Assembly (NCBI GenBank): GCA_964270895.1
Contig: OZ185435.1
Reading direction: 5' to 3' (one strand)
DNA: 64,000 nucleotides
Source: Podarcis filfolensis
Taxonomy: Eukaryota
Under the pieces are notes generated by a model. It had not been told where the DNA came from and made no database searches. It saw nothing but the letters and a program-made list of their open reading frames with translations. The translations under genes and the position numbers were made by a program. Positions 24,412-37,304 of the stretch are shown here, piece after piece (the first letter of the stretch is position 1; every line of letters starts with the position of its first letter).

Positions 24412-25404
24412 TGCCCTGGAAAGCTGAGCCACCATTTTAAATTTTCTCCAATACCCCCAATGTAACGTCACTCTGGAGCACTGAGGAAAATGGCAGTCCC
24501 AATGCCCTAGACTCACACTACATTAGAGGCATCGTGGGGTATTTAAAATGGCAGCTTTTAGTTGCCAGCTGCTGCTAGGTCCATTGATTTGGATCACAGT
24601 TACAAGGCTCCCCTCAAACCCACACCCAGCCCTGTTCATTACAGGTAACACACAGGAGCATACTTAACAATAGATGAGGCTTATCTCCAGAAAACAATGC
24701 TGGATCAAAACTTGGGAGTTAGCGCAAGATTTGTAAGATAAAGCACAGCTATCATTACTGGAAAAGCTGATCAGCTAGTGACCAAATGTTTCAAATCCCT
24801 GTTTAAATCCCTCATTTCAAATCCCTTCTCAAGAGTCATTTTTGAAGCAAAGAACCAGCCACTTATTAGTGTCCAAGATGAATGGAAGGTGGGGGAGCGT
24901 ATTGCCCACCCCCATTTGTTAACAAACTGAACATTTAGTGATTGCAGCTATACAGCAATTCCCCTTCCTCCCTATTCTTCCTTTTCTACCTGTTTGCTGG
25001 TATGAACAGTAGACTTTTTTTCAAGCCACAGATTGCATATGCTTGTACAGCATCTAAAGTTGCTGGCAGCAGCTTCTTGTTGGAATGCCATGACACTTCC
25101 TGTAATTTGAATGTTAGATAAGGATGATAGGCAGAAGATGCTAAGGGAGATGGGCTGACTGAAAAGCTAAAACACATCCTGCAATTTGAAGCCTGCCTGA
25201 GGGGACTTGCCAATCTTTTGCAAAGAAGAGGAGACAGCCTTGGACTGTGCATGCAAAAAGGGAAGTATACACAGAGCTCTCTGCCCACCTTGAGTAGTAA
25301 AGTGAATTTTTAATATACCTGCTTATGCATCCTGCACCACTGAAGCAAACAAATCTCAGTTATATCTGTTTCTTATGAAACCAATAAAAGGGATCCAGAG
25401 TGGA

Positions 25405-26645
25405 TCCTTGAAATTACAGGCCAGTTATCTTAACATCTGTGCCAGGAAAACTGGTGGAAAGTATTGTTAAAGCTGAAATAACAAAGCATATAGAAGAACA
25501 AGCCTTACTGGAGCAAAGCCAACATGTCTCATTGACCTATTAGAGTTATTTGAGAGTGTCAACAAGCTAAAATGTATAAATTATTACTTGAGTGGTATAC
25601 TAAGGATGAAGAGGTTAAAGTTGCAATGATTCAGTGGGGCCAAAGATTTTGGTTATAATATTCAATTTGACGACTGGATAAGACTGTGGAAAGAAGGAAT
25701 GAAATTTACTGCATGTACTACAATAAAAGAAAATGTTATGACAATGTTATATAGATGGTATGTAACACCAGTAAAACTCGGAAAGATGTATAAAGTTAGT
25801 AATAAATGTTGGAAATGTCAGGAGAAAGAAGGAACATTTTACCATATATGGTGGGAATGTAAAAAAAATGAAAGGTTTCTGGGAAATGATTTACAATGAA
25901 TTGAAAAAAATGTTGAAATACACTTTTGTTAAGAAACCAGAAGCCTTTCTGTTAGGAATATTAAGAAATGATATAAAAAAGAAGGATGAGAAGTTGTTTT
26001 TATATGCAGTAACAGCGGCAAGAATTTTGGTGGCACAAAAATGGAAACAGGAAGAAATCCCAACGAAAGAAGAATGGAGAATGAAGTTGATGGAGTACGC
26101 AGAATTAGACAAACTAACGGGGAGAATTCGGAACCGGCGAGACCAAAGATTTACCAAAGACTGGAATAAATTTACAGAGTATATTAAAAATATATGTGAA
26201 GGACAATTAACGTTTGTAGGCTTTCAAGAAGCTCTGTGATAATAACGGAAAGAAATATTTTTTGTATAATAATGGTTAAGACCAATATGGATAAAAAACA
26301 ACAACAATACAGATGGAAGAAATGTGATTAATTGTGATAATATGGAAAATTTCCAGATAGACTGAAGGAAGTCTGAAAGTGGAAAGATTAGATTTGGATG
26401 TATATTTTGAATGGAATGTTTTTCCTTTATTGTTATATTTGAAAAATTTAATAAATAAAAAATTAAATAAAAAAAAGAGAGTGTCAACAAGCATATATAG
26501 ATAGAGATGATCTGGTTGACGTAGTGTAGTTGGACTTTCAAAAAGCTTTCAACAGAGCACATCACCAAAGAGTACATGCTGGGTGATTTTAGCAGTCAAG
26601 GAATAAGAGGAGATGTCTTCTTGTCAGTCAGGAATTGGTTTATAC
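25405..26645 (+). mobile_element. CR1 LINE reverse-transcriptase fragment, interrupted by an L1 insertion
   Basis: Joining the flanks gives LTSVPGKLVESIVKAEITKHIEEQALLEQSQH...LLELFESVNKHIDRDDLVDVV*LDFQKAFN, a CR1 RT motif series with a deletion and a stop. Confidence 0.85.
25568..26476 (+). mobile_element. 5'-truncated L1-clade LINE (ORF2 C-terminus, 3' UTR, A-rich tail)
   Basis: ORFs 25699..25899 (RWYVTPVKLGKMYKVSNKCWKCQEKEGTFYHIWWEC, zf-RVT) and 25868..26239 (AARILVAQKWK...WNKFTEYI). Tail aataaataaaaattaaataaaaaaaa. 16-bp TSD gagagtgtcaacaagc (25552-25567, 26477-26492). Confidence 0.92.
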
Positions 26646-27200
26646 ATGGGGCTGCTCTTGAAGATCACTTTAAAGCTTCTACTGGCTCAAAATGCAGCAG
26701 CCAGATTAGTGGCTGGGGTTCCATTTACAACTTGTAAAAACCCTGTTTTACAACAGCTACATTGGTTGCTGTTTCTGGGCCTTATTCAGGGTGCTCACAT
26801 TAGTGTTTAAAGCACTAAACAACCCAGGCCCCAAATATCTGAATGACTGCCTCTTTCCCCACAGACAGTGTCAGATATCAAGAGCAGCCAAGAAGCCATC
26901 TTGCTAATTCCACCATTTCCAGAAGTCTGGGGGTGGTGGCCTGGGAAAGGGTATTCTCTGTGGCAGCCCCTAAGTTGTGGACTTGCCTCCCCACAGCCGT
27001 ATATCCGCCACCTTCAATAGCTTCTGTCATATCCTGAAGACACAACTTTTTACCCTGGCCTTTGACACTTGAGGTATATTTTTTTTTTCAGGAGCCATCC
27101 TATTCCTCTAACTGTAATTTGTTTTAAAATGTTTTTAATATTGAATTTTAAATTGCTGTAGCCCACTCTGGGACCTTATGGTGAAGGGCAGGTAAGAAAT
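26640..27200 (+). mobile_element. L2 LINE 3' fragment
   Basis: LYMGLLLKITLKLLLAQNAAARLV...PVLQQLHWLL, then gtgtttaaagcactaaac and rafsvaapklw-like coding remnants, ending cccactctgggaccttatggtgaagggcaggtaagaaat. Confidence 0.8.
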
Positions 27201-28209
27201 CAAATTGTTGTCGTTGCTGTTAAAATATTTTTATTAAGTCCTCAGCAGTGGCATTTACACAGGATGGTTGGACTGGAATGAGTATATATTAAAAATTGAG
27301 ACATCTGTTAGGATTGTAACAAGAGCATAGCTGTGTCGAATCTGAACATTTCCAGAATCTTCACATATCAGTTCTTGACAAATCCCAAAGTGACGCTGAC
27401 TCCCGTCATAATGTGCATTGTCCTGAATCTATGTCAGTTAATAAATATCCAATAAGAGGAACATTGCCCAGATAAGCTTTAAGCACTCAAGGCTCTCTGC
27501 ATGCCTCCCTGGACTCAACGTCATTTTGACTGCTAGGAAGAAATTTATTTCCTTGGAATTTGGTGTCCCTTTGTGTGCATTATTACCAGATATGATATGT
27601 TGCACTTGATCCAGTGCAGAAAATTGTTCCTGAACGCACACACATATATATTGTTGAATATCTCTCTAGCACAGAAGAATTCACAATGAAGTATTCTTTC
27701 TGATAGGAAACAGGCTAATCAAGATGAATGTCTGAAATTTAGTCAAGCTGCTGTAGTATAGTGAGCCGTGAGCCAGGAAGACTACAGCTGGGAACTCTTG
27801 CCTCGGCCATGAGCTCACTAGCTGGTCTTCGGAAAGATACTGTTGCATGGTGCCTCATCTATCGCAGAGAACTGTGGGGCTCTATAATGTGTTGATGTTT
27901 TCCCCATATCCTTCAATCTACTGCTAAACATTTTAACGTTGTGCTGTGTGGGAGCCACTGTAGTATAGCTCCTTGCCACCTAACAAAGATTATGTCACAA
28001 GCCCTGTGGATGGGAAAGATCCATAACACAGTTCCAACACTGCCCTGATTCCTAGGAGGGATAACTTTGGTAGAAATCCATTGTGGATCCTTCTACTACT
28101 GCAGGAACACCCCCTATCTCTTAATTAGTATTAATTATCCAGTACCACAAGAACACTCAGTGAAGCCGGCCAGTGGGAGATTAACCTGAGCCTATGGGCA
28201 GATAAGGTA

Positions 28210-28490
28210 TAGCAAGATGCAGCAATGGCCACCAACTTGGATGGCTTGAAAGATGGTTAGGAAGTTAAATAGAGGACAAGACTATCAATAGCTACTACCC
28301 ATAATGGCTGCATTCTATCTCCACTGTTGGAGGTGTTATGTCTCTGAATACCAGTTGCTGGTAATTTCAGGTGGGCAGAGTGCTGTTACCCTCAGGTTCC
28401 GCTTGCGCACTTTCCATGTGCATCTGCTTGGCCATTGTGAGAACAGAGTGCTGGCCTGATGTGGCAGAGCTCTTCTTATGTTGTTTGAGT
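28210..28490 (+). mobile_element. CR1 LINE 3' end / 3' UTR
   Basis: atggccaccaacttggatggctt...ctctgaataccagttgctgg...catctgcttggccattgtgagaacag...gagctcttcttatg. A related inverted copy lies at 53170-53400. Confidence 0.75.
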
Positions 28491-28779
28491 GCTTTTGACA
28501 CCATGTGGGAAGATCCCTTGCTGCTGTGGTTCTTATGTTTGCAAATTATTTTTTGAAGAGGCCCCAAGCGGTTGCATTGGAGATGCATCTGTGTGGCCAC
28601 AGCCCAAGATTCCCTGTGCAAAAAATTATTTCCCTTGATCTCTCTCGACCTGAGTTTCCTGTTTTAATTGCTGCTTTAATGGGATTGTTGACTGCTTTAA
28701 TTACAAACGCTTATATTTCATGGTTTGTGTAACTGTTTTTATACGTTGCAAATGGATTAGCAGCCTATCATGGCATTAA

Positions 28780-29178
28780 GTGGTCCTGAAAAACCTACAT
28801 TGGCTCCCAGTATGTTTCTGGGCACAATTCAAAGTGTTGGTGCTGACTTTTAAAGCCCTAAACGGCCTTGGCCCTGTATACCTGAAGGAGCGTCTCCACC
28901 CCCATCATTCAGCCCAGACACTGAGGTCCAGCTCCGAGGGCCTTCTGGCATTTCCCTCATTGTGAGAAGTGAGGTTACAGGGAACCAGACAGAGGGCCTT
29001 ATCAGTAGTGGCACCTGCCCTGTGGAACCCCCTCCCACTAGATGTCAAATAAATAAACAACTAACTGACTTTTAAAAGACATCTGAAGGCAGCCCTGTTT
29101 AGGGAAGCTTTTAATATTTTGCTGGAAGCCACCCGCAGTGGCTGGGGAAACCCAGCCACATGGGCAGGGTATAAATAA

Positions 29179-29212
<34 letters not shown>
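28780..29212 (+). mobile_element. L2 LINE 3' fragment with (TTA)n tail
   Basis: ORF 28780..28965 VLKNLHWLPVCFWAQFKVLVLTFKALNGLGPVYLKERL is a typical L2 ORF2 C-terminus; the 3' end is gggcagggtataaataaattattatt. Confidence 0.87.
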
Positions 29213-29649
29213 GTTTATTTGCTTAATATATTTATATATCCTGCCTTTCTGCCAAGTTGGGACTCAAGGCGGCTTACACCATTTTAAATCATCTTTATAA
29301 AATATAAAGTAATAAAAGCAAACGACAATAAAACACATTTAGAACCAGCATTAAAATACCAATTGCTCTGACAGCAGTCCAGTGGTCAGCATCATCTGTG
29401 CCAAGTTTTCAATGTCCTGTCTGAATAGGAAGTTCTTAGCCAGCCAATGGAAAGTTAGCAAGGAGCAGAGGCAGATTTGGTGGAGTGTGACCTGTTCACC
29501 TGCATTGGATGCCACACTGAGAGGGAGCTGCAGGGGTCACTGCAACAATGATGAGCAATGGAAGGTGAGAGGCAGGGGGCGGCTGAATTTTGGAATTGCA
29601 CAGGGTGCCACGGATATTTGAAAGCCCAAAGTCTGCCACTGCAAAGAAG

Positions 29650-30540
29650 GAGCCAATCTAACCTCTCTTAGGAGGGATTTCCACAAAAAGGACTCGTGTC
29701 ACCAGCAACTTTGTCTCTGATTTTGATGGTACCAAAAAAATTTGGCTCAAGGAATGAGGGGAGCTAACAAAGGAAGATAAAATAGAATAGAACCCCCCTC
29801 TCCCCAACTTTCTTTACCGCCTCTCCATCATGCTTATGCAAGTAAAACTGAACTATGGTTTTAAGTGGGTTTTTGCTGAATACAGAACCATCTGGTTACT
29901 TTGAAGAGGCAGTGAGGCTATGCCCACCGTATTCTCTTCCTTAACTTGTCTTTATTCACAGCCATGGAGTTATGCCAGATTTGGCCACTCATCTTGAGCC
30001 AGGCTGAAGCCTTCCTTGGCTTGTCCACTTCTCCCTTTTTGGAGAGAGGGTACAGCCTGTACAATGCATCATCTGTTATGTAATTATAACGAGCTAGAGG
30101 TTCCGGTTTTCTTGTCAGTGTCAGAAATATATGCTTCCCATTTCCTCTCATTACCCACCCACCACTCATTCTCCTTGGGCCGTTGCCTCTGAAGTTCCCA
30201 AAGGAGATTCCAATAATAATGCCAGCAGCTCTATTATGTATAGGCAGGTTTGCTCCTGAAAATACAGTAACTTCTCTTTTGTTGTATGCCAGAGAAACAA
30301 TTTGTAACAGAAGACATTGGACCAATTTCAGTCGTGGCTCATCTCCAAGAAAAATAATGGCACCGAGCCCTCTTCTACCAAAGCTGAATTTGCCCCTTGG
30401 TTGTCTTTCTCGCTCTTTCTGGCTTGTATCAGTTCAGTGATTTATTATGGACTGTACTTTTGATGGTGACACCCATCATCATCAGAAGCCTACCAGCAAA
30501 CATTTATGTCACAATAAACCAGGTAGTCTCTAACATACCA
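29650..30540 (-). mobile_element. Old decayed L1-clade ORF2 3' region
   Basis: Minus-strand remnants RQPRGKFSFGRRGLGA (KPR..GGLGLP-like), DDALYRLY..SAWLKMSGQIW and FKVTRWF, in the expected L1 ORF2 order. Heavily mutated; boundaries approximate. Confidence 0.55.
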
Positions 30541-32084
30541 TACCACAGTATGTATGTATGTATGTATTTAATCTATTTATCAGTGGCCACTGTTTTTGTC
30601 ATATTGGTTGCTATGTAGGAATTTGGTATGAATTGACCCGCTGCACAATTTCCAAGATGAAAGTTCATATTGGAACTTAGTTATCCACTGGATCTCACAC
30701 TGAATGGTCCAGTGCAGTTCTCATCACAAAGAATATATAATGGTTGGCATTCATTTATGTCTGCCAGCTTTCACAATAGAAGTCCACTTGCACAAGACTT
30801 TTGATTTCTCTTCTCTCTCTTACAGCCTCCTCTGCACCCCAGAATCTGTTTCAGAGCAGACTTTAGGAATGGAGAGCTGTGGGGAGGGGGGAGGAGTTAA
30901 AGGATGGGCCCCATTGTGTGAGCAGACACCTGCTCAGGCTACATTGGATCTTGCCTAATACATTTAAATTTTATGGGGGTGACGGACATTGTTTTTAAAA
31001 ATAAATAGTTCACAGGTTAATACAGATACTGGACAGAACATACTTATGGGTGAACACATGCCAAATGGTGTAGAATGGAAAGAGATTTGTCCATCTCTAT
31101 GCAATCCATTATCAGTTGTATTTTAACCATACATCTGTAATAAACATGCATGCATCAATTTATTTGTATGCTGCCTTTCCATAGTTAAGGCAATCCTCAT
31201 GGCAGCTGCCTTTAAAAAAAATACATAACACCAAACATAACAAAAGTAGTCATAAACAATAAATAAAACATCAAAAAGTACACAGCCAAATTGAACAATT
31301 TCCACATAAATCATAATAAAATCTAAAATGAAGATACGAAAAAACTGATAGTGATAACAGCAGCAACCCCCCCAACAGAAACCTCTAAACAATTCCCCAG
31401 CCCAATAAAAAACATTGTATCACTGAAAATACCCCAAGCTGCAAAATGGTGTGATTCAATTTTCGAAAGAACCTTATGAGACCACCTACATGTGCATGAG
31501 ATAAATCTGAGCCTAGCTGAGAACCGTCTCTTCTAAGACAGAACTGCACCTATTGCCTCTAGTTAATTCACATTATCAGGTAAAAGGATAGGATATGGCA
31601 GCTGCTGAATTTGAAGGTAAAATGTTAGCCATAGGATTGCTCGGGTGTGAAGCCATGATCATAAATCCACTGAAATTTCACATCAGTTCATCCCTAAAGG
31701 GCAAGGTGCAGAAGAGGAAGGCAGAGCGCACTAATGCAGCATATCTGCATCAACAGTTTTACACAAACACTTCACATCGTTGCATTAAAAAAACCACAAC
31801 TATTATCCCAGCTGTGTAGGAGTCGCTCATGTACGATCAACTCCCAAACAGCTGGTGTAATATTTAAAGGGCACCACTGGTAGCTACATAATTCACACAT
31901 AATAGCTTCATTCTCACAAAGGATAGTGTAAGCAGTATGCTTTTCACAGATTATGCAAATAGATTCTAAGTGTGAAAATGATTGCTTTTAAAAGCAAGGT
32001 GTATTCAAACTGGGAAAGGGAGATAAAGAGTTTTCTGCCTGGCTGAAAACACCTACTGTTGTGTGAAAGGCCAGCACTAACAAT

Positions 32085-32430
32085 GGGACGCAGGTGGCGC
32101 TGTGGGTTAAACCACAGAGCCTAGGGCTTGCCGATCAGAAGGTCGGTGGTTCGAATCCCCGCGACGGGGTGAGCTCCCGTTGCTCGGTCCCAGCTCCTGC
32201 CAACCTAGCATGAAAGCATGTCAAAGTGCAAGTAGATAAATAGGTACCGCTCCGGTGGGAAGGTAAACGGCGTTTCTGTGCGCTGCTCTGGTTCGCCAGA
32301 AGCAGCTTCGTCATGCTGGCCACATGACCCGGAAGCTGTACGCCGCTCCCTCGGCCAATAAAGCGAGATGAGCACCGCAACTCCAGAGTTGTCTGTGACT
32401 GGACCTAATGGTCAGGGGTCCCTTTACCTT
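32085..32430 (+). mobile_element. Sauria SINE, full length
   Basis: Starts gggacgcaggtggcgctgtggg, has the B-box ggttcgaatccc and a ccctttacctt tail. Flanked by taacaat on both sides (32078-32084, 32431-32437). Confidence 0.93.
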
Positions 32431-34492
32431 TAACAATGTAGTTTAACAATGTAGGCACTGGGCAACTGTGCCATCAATTAAACTGAAGAGCAGAGGTGAC
32501 ACATTTAGTCCTGTAAATGGATTCATGGTTTGAACTAAAACTGAAAACACTGGTGTTCCATTTTAGGATTATCATGCTCCTCCTTTTCTCACCATAATAA
32601 ATGCAACATACAATGCCATCTAGATGTTGAATCATATAGCTGTCCCCCCACATCTAGAAGGTCCCAAGGAAGCCCTTATGATTGAATTTAAATGGAGTAT
32701 CTCCCAAGGTTCTTACCCTGAGCTATCTTTCTTATACAAAATGGGAGTGCAGGTGGGAGTTAAAAATGCACAGGTGAAGGATAGATACAAAAATACAAGG
32801 GATAAACATGTTTCAATAGCCTTTGTCCACCTTGTACTTCCAATTTTGAAAACATTACGCCTGCATTTTGAAATTGTATAGGTCCAACAAAGCTATGCTG
32901 TATTCTCCCCTCTACAACCTATGCATCCATCATTAGAACCTGTGTATGCACTAATACATGCATTTTTGTGTATACCTTCTAATATACACATTTTTGTTCA
33001 CTCTTTCTTTACACATCTTTATACAAAATTCAGAATTTGAAAGTACAACTGCATTTCAGCTCACATATTGTTTTGGTAAGTGGCTATTAGGTAGACTTGC
33101 ATTAAAATGCAAATCGAACCAAATCCCCCTACCCCCCCAAATTATTTACTACTTTTCATATATTACCACACACATACTGCTTCCTGTATGCATGATTCCG
33201 TAACTAAATCTCCAAGTTGATGCAAGGTTTAATCTGTTTTTAATTTTTCTTATTGATGACTTTATTGCTCTGCCTTTTTTGTAAACTGCTTTGAAGTTTT
33301 GTTATCAATAAGAAAAACGTACAAAAACGTAATGAACGTATGTGACATAAAATTAAGTTACCCATCGTGTGCTAAATAAATTGTATTTATTGCATATCCT
33401 GGCAAATAATCCACAACACAAGAAAGAATTACATTAACAAAGCTATATATGTGTTTGCCAAGGTTCTATCTCAGCAGTTCTGTGCTTACACTGTTTAGCA
33501 TGGCATCACCATGAAGAAGACTAATGTCTCTCTCTTGCCCTCCCTCTCCTCTTTTTTAAAAAAATAAATAGAAAGGAGAAATAATAGGCACTGCCAGTAG
33601 GCACTGTTGACCCAGGTCTGAAGTGTTTGAAATTAATTTTTCCACTTTGGATAGCGTATAAATTTCTCATTATTTCTCAGCGATGGACATGAAGCCCTTC
33701 CAAAAATGTATCGGGTATCATGCCAAATGCAGCAATCCAAGTCTCTTGCAGAGGCTGTGGAACACACAAAGGGTTTCACACAGGCAAGAGTGTTAGCTAT
33801 GCATGCTTTCACGTTGCCCAGGCTCAGCGGAACGTTCTATGAGAACACCAGATATACATACACTGCTTTGTTATGCCTCGCAGCTACTTCTCCTGTTGTT
33901 GTTGTTTATATTGCAAACCTTGTTAGGGTGTGTTTCCCCCTTCTTTTTTATGGGTATAATAACTCCTTCCTGCCCACCCCCCACCTCCACTAAAGAGGTG
34001 CATTTACAAAAAGTTTTCCTAGAAAGCTCCTATGCTCATTGCACAAACCGACTTTCTTGGATGGAGGGAAAACTGAGATTTCACCTACGTGCTGCTGAAA
34101 TGGCAAGTGCTGAACAGATTTGGTCAATGACAGCCAGAGAAAGAGCCCTGGAGAAAGTGGCATAATATATTGGGCTACACTTATGCCAAGGCAAGCTCTT
34201 TATTTCTGTCAAGCGCATGTACACTTTGTTCTCGTTATCCTCAGTTAACTCCAGTGGCTGAATAGGAGCCGAGGTGGGAACTGCTCAAATGCCTCAATAG
34301 CTCCACTTAGGGTTTCCATCCCTCAACGATTGCTCTCACTCTCCTTTGGAGCTACAGTCAAGCACTCTCTATTGAGGGCCAATTAATACTTTGCCTTTGA
34401 GGTGGTAAAGTCCACACACAGTGGCTTGTCGCTGGATTCTCATGCAGGAAGGAATTTGTCTGAAAGAGTTCCAACGTGAAAGCCATACTTAC

Positions 34493-34561
34493 ATTCACAT
34501 GTCTTCTCTGAGGTAATACAGAGTTCAAGGTGACTACGCGAAAGTGACGTGCGGATGCTAC
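34493..34561 (-). other. Candidate internal exon (69 nt), gene unknown
   Basis: Minus strand reads tatttattttttag|GTAGCATCC...TGTGAAT|gtaagt. Length is a multiple of 3, two frames are open (VASARHFRVVTLNSVLPQRRHVN or (G)SIRTSLSRSHLELCITSEKTCE), and CpGs are retained. Confidence 0.4.
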
Positions 34562-34798
34562 CTAAAAAATAAATATAGCTATCAGACCTGAAATAACAAT
34601 AGTAACAGATAAAGAAATGAGTCCACACACAAACACACACTTTCTTTGCAAATTTCAGTATAATTCATAGCCAGTCACTAATTAAATTGCAGGGAAATCT
34701 CCAAAGTTCCATTTTTAACTCTACCTAAACAACAGCATATCACCCATTTAAGCTAGCAATATAGAATAAGTAATTTAGAACAAGGTAAAGTTAATATA

Positions 34799-35161
34799 AA
34801 GGTAAAGGTACCCCCTGCCCGTACGGGCCAGTCTTGACAGACTCTAGGGTTGTGCACTCATCTCACTCTAGAGGCCGGGAGCCAGCGCTGTCCGCAGACA
34901 CTTCCGGGTCACGTGGCCAGTGTGACGAAGCTGCTCTGGCGAACCAGCACCAGAGCAGCACACGGAAACGCCGTTTACCTTCCCGCTATAAAGCGGTACC
35001 TATTTATCTACTTGCACTTAAGGGTGCTTTCGAACTGCTAGGTGGGCAGGAGCTGGGACCGAACGACGGGAGCTCACCCCGCTGTGGGGATTCGAACTGC
35101 CGACCATGCGATCGGCAAGTCCTAGGCGCTGAGGTTTTACCCACAGCGCCACCCGCATCCC
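34799..35161 (-). mobile_element. Sauria SINE, full length, second subtype
   Basis: Reverse-complement SINE with aaggtaaaggt tail and a perfect 12-bp TSD aaagttaatata (34787-34798, 35162-35173). Confidence 0.93.
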
Positions 35162-35789
35162 AAAGTTAATATACCATGTAATAATAACAACAAAAAACTC
35201 AAACGTTGTGGTAGTACTGGTTCAGTGTAGGAACAATGTTGGGTGGAACCGATTAATTGTTCCAACCCAGACCTTTTGGGCTGATTCCATCAAAGCATCT
35301 GGTCTGGGTTCCTAAATATATTGTAGATTCCATAACAGGAATACTATGCCCTGGAATGGCTGCCGATTCTCATTGTACATGAGTGGTGGACTGGTCTGTT
35401 GCTTGCAGATGAAAGTGAGGGTGCCCCTCTGCAGTCCAGTCAAAAATTCTTTCTATGTTCATTATTATAGTAGTGCTTAAAATAGCCACATTGGGGAAGG
35501 AGAGTAAATTTACACAATCTCTTTGTTTCAAGCATAATATCACATTCATGTTGGTAAAGTGACTCTGCTGTGTGTAAATGCCTTCAGTCTCAGAATAGGG
35601 AAAGGATAAAGTTATGGGAGACCCCTCTCCATAGTTGGAAGGACCCCTTGAGGCATGCAGGTAAATCGTTCTTTCTGAAGAAACAAACCACTGCTCCCCC
35701 AATTCCCATCTTCAGCCTGAAAGAACATAGCCCCATGCAAAGCAGCACCTGACTCAGATTGGCTCCGGGTCCTGCAAACTGAGCTATTT

Positions 35790-35995
35790 CCTCCCTGCAA
35801 ACTGTACAGCACCTGTTTTGTATGCAAAAGGTCCCAGATTCAACTCTCAGCATCACCAGGTAGGGCTGTAAAAACAAACAAACAAAACCTCCTGTCTGAA
35901 ACCCTGGAAAGCCAGTCCCATTCAGTGTTGCCAGAGCTCAGCTAGATGGAGCAGTGGTCTGACTTGATATAAGGCTGCTTCCCATGTTCCTAAAA
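35790..35995 (+). mobile_element. Squam3-like tRNA-derived SINE
   Basis: gcacctgttttgtatgcaaaaggtcccagattcaac...ccaggtagggctg...ctgaaaccctggaaagcc...gctagatggagcagtggtctgact...ataaggctgcttcccatgttcct. Confidence 0.78.
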
Positions 35996-36180
35996 AAATA
36001 ATGGACGGGGATTTTCTTGTGGACAAGTCTTGGTGAGCTAGCTATGGCTTTGCACAATCCTTGAACAAAGCAGAAATGTATATGCAAAATAACTAAGCAA
36101 GTATTAGAAGTCCTCTCTCAGAACTGGCCCTATTAAACATCTTCCAAGACAATAATGCCCACTCACATCACAAAGAGCTC

Positions 36181-36795
36181 ATAACCCACCTACTCTCAGC
36201 AGCCAGAAACATCATAGCCAGACAATGGAGAGACTTGTCAGGAGTAAGCATGGACCGGTGGTATCAAATAGTTTGGGAAACAGCCTTATTAGAAAAACTA
36301 ACCAATAAGCTGAAAGTGAGACAGGGACAAATGGAAGAATATGCCTATGGCTCCCCTTTATCACATACAGAAGCCAACAAGACAACAACAAGAATCCACC
36401 AACAGCATATGAATCAATCTGGATAACCTGATTCAAAAACACCCACCCACTCCACTCACACATGAAAACAAAGTTCACCACAGCTAATCACAAACAAACA
36501 ACCACACCCTAGGCCAACCCCGACCTCTCTCACCACCAAAGGAACACAAGCGAATAGTAAAGAGAACCTGCACAAGCGACGCTGACACAAACCCCCCTAC
36601 ATGCACTAAGTAGAATAGAAGCCTTGCCACCCGACCCCACCCCCACTCACCATGGCCCCCTCCACCTCTCCCCCCTTTTCTTCCTAATGTAACACTAACG
36701 TCTCAACAAATGAAACTGATCTGTAGAAAATGTAACTTGAAAAAAGAGACACTGCACATACTTTTGTAAACCAAGAAATCTTTAAATATGTTTTT
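36181..36795 (+). mobile_element. 5'-truncated L1-clade LINE 3' end (distinct lineage)
   Basis: Translation ITHLLSAARNIIARQWRDLSGVSMDRWYQIVWETALLEKLTNKLK is an L1 ORF2 C-terminus; a C/A-rich 3' UTR follows. Confidence 0.8.
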
Positions 36796-37304
36796 AAAAA
36801 TATGTTTTTAAAAAACACAAAAATGTTTTTCAGACTCTAAGAGCCTAAGCTTACTCACAAGAGTTCCCTCAATGTGCACGCACACACACTCTAGTAAATG
36901 TAAGCATTTCTAGACTTTGATCTAAACTTTGCTAGTGTTCCATGCCGTAGTTTTAGACTTGTCTTTGTCGCTAGAAGCAGATATATGTTTACATGACATT
37001 CTTAATTGCTGTTTTTGGAGGACTAATGCAGTGTAAAATCATAGTCATCAATAGAGCCATTTATCCTGACTGCAATTAACAAATCAAGTCCCAGCACGTT
37101 TTTGCTATTTGCCAATCTGTTGAATATTCGCTCTTCCCTCTCTCCCTCCCTCTCTCTGCTATTCATTTAGTGGTAAACATGTAACCTAGCAACGGAGTGT
37201 CAATATCAGCAGTGCCTGATGAAGTTGTGAATCGTAGAGAAATGGGGAAGCCTGGTGCTGGTGAGATGAATGTCTTCTAGGAAGAGCTCCCATTGGCTGA
37301 GACT

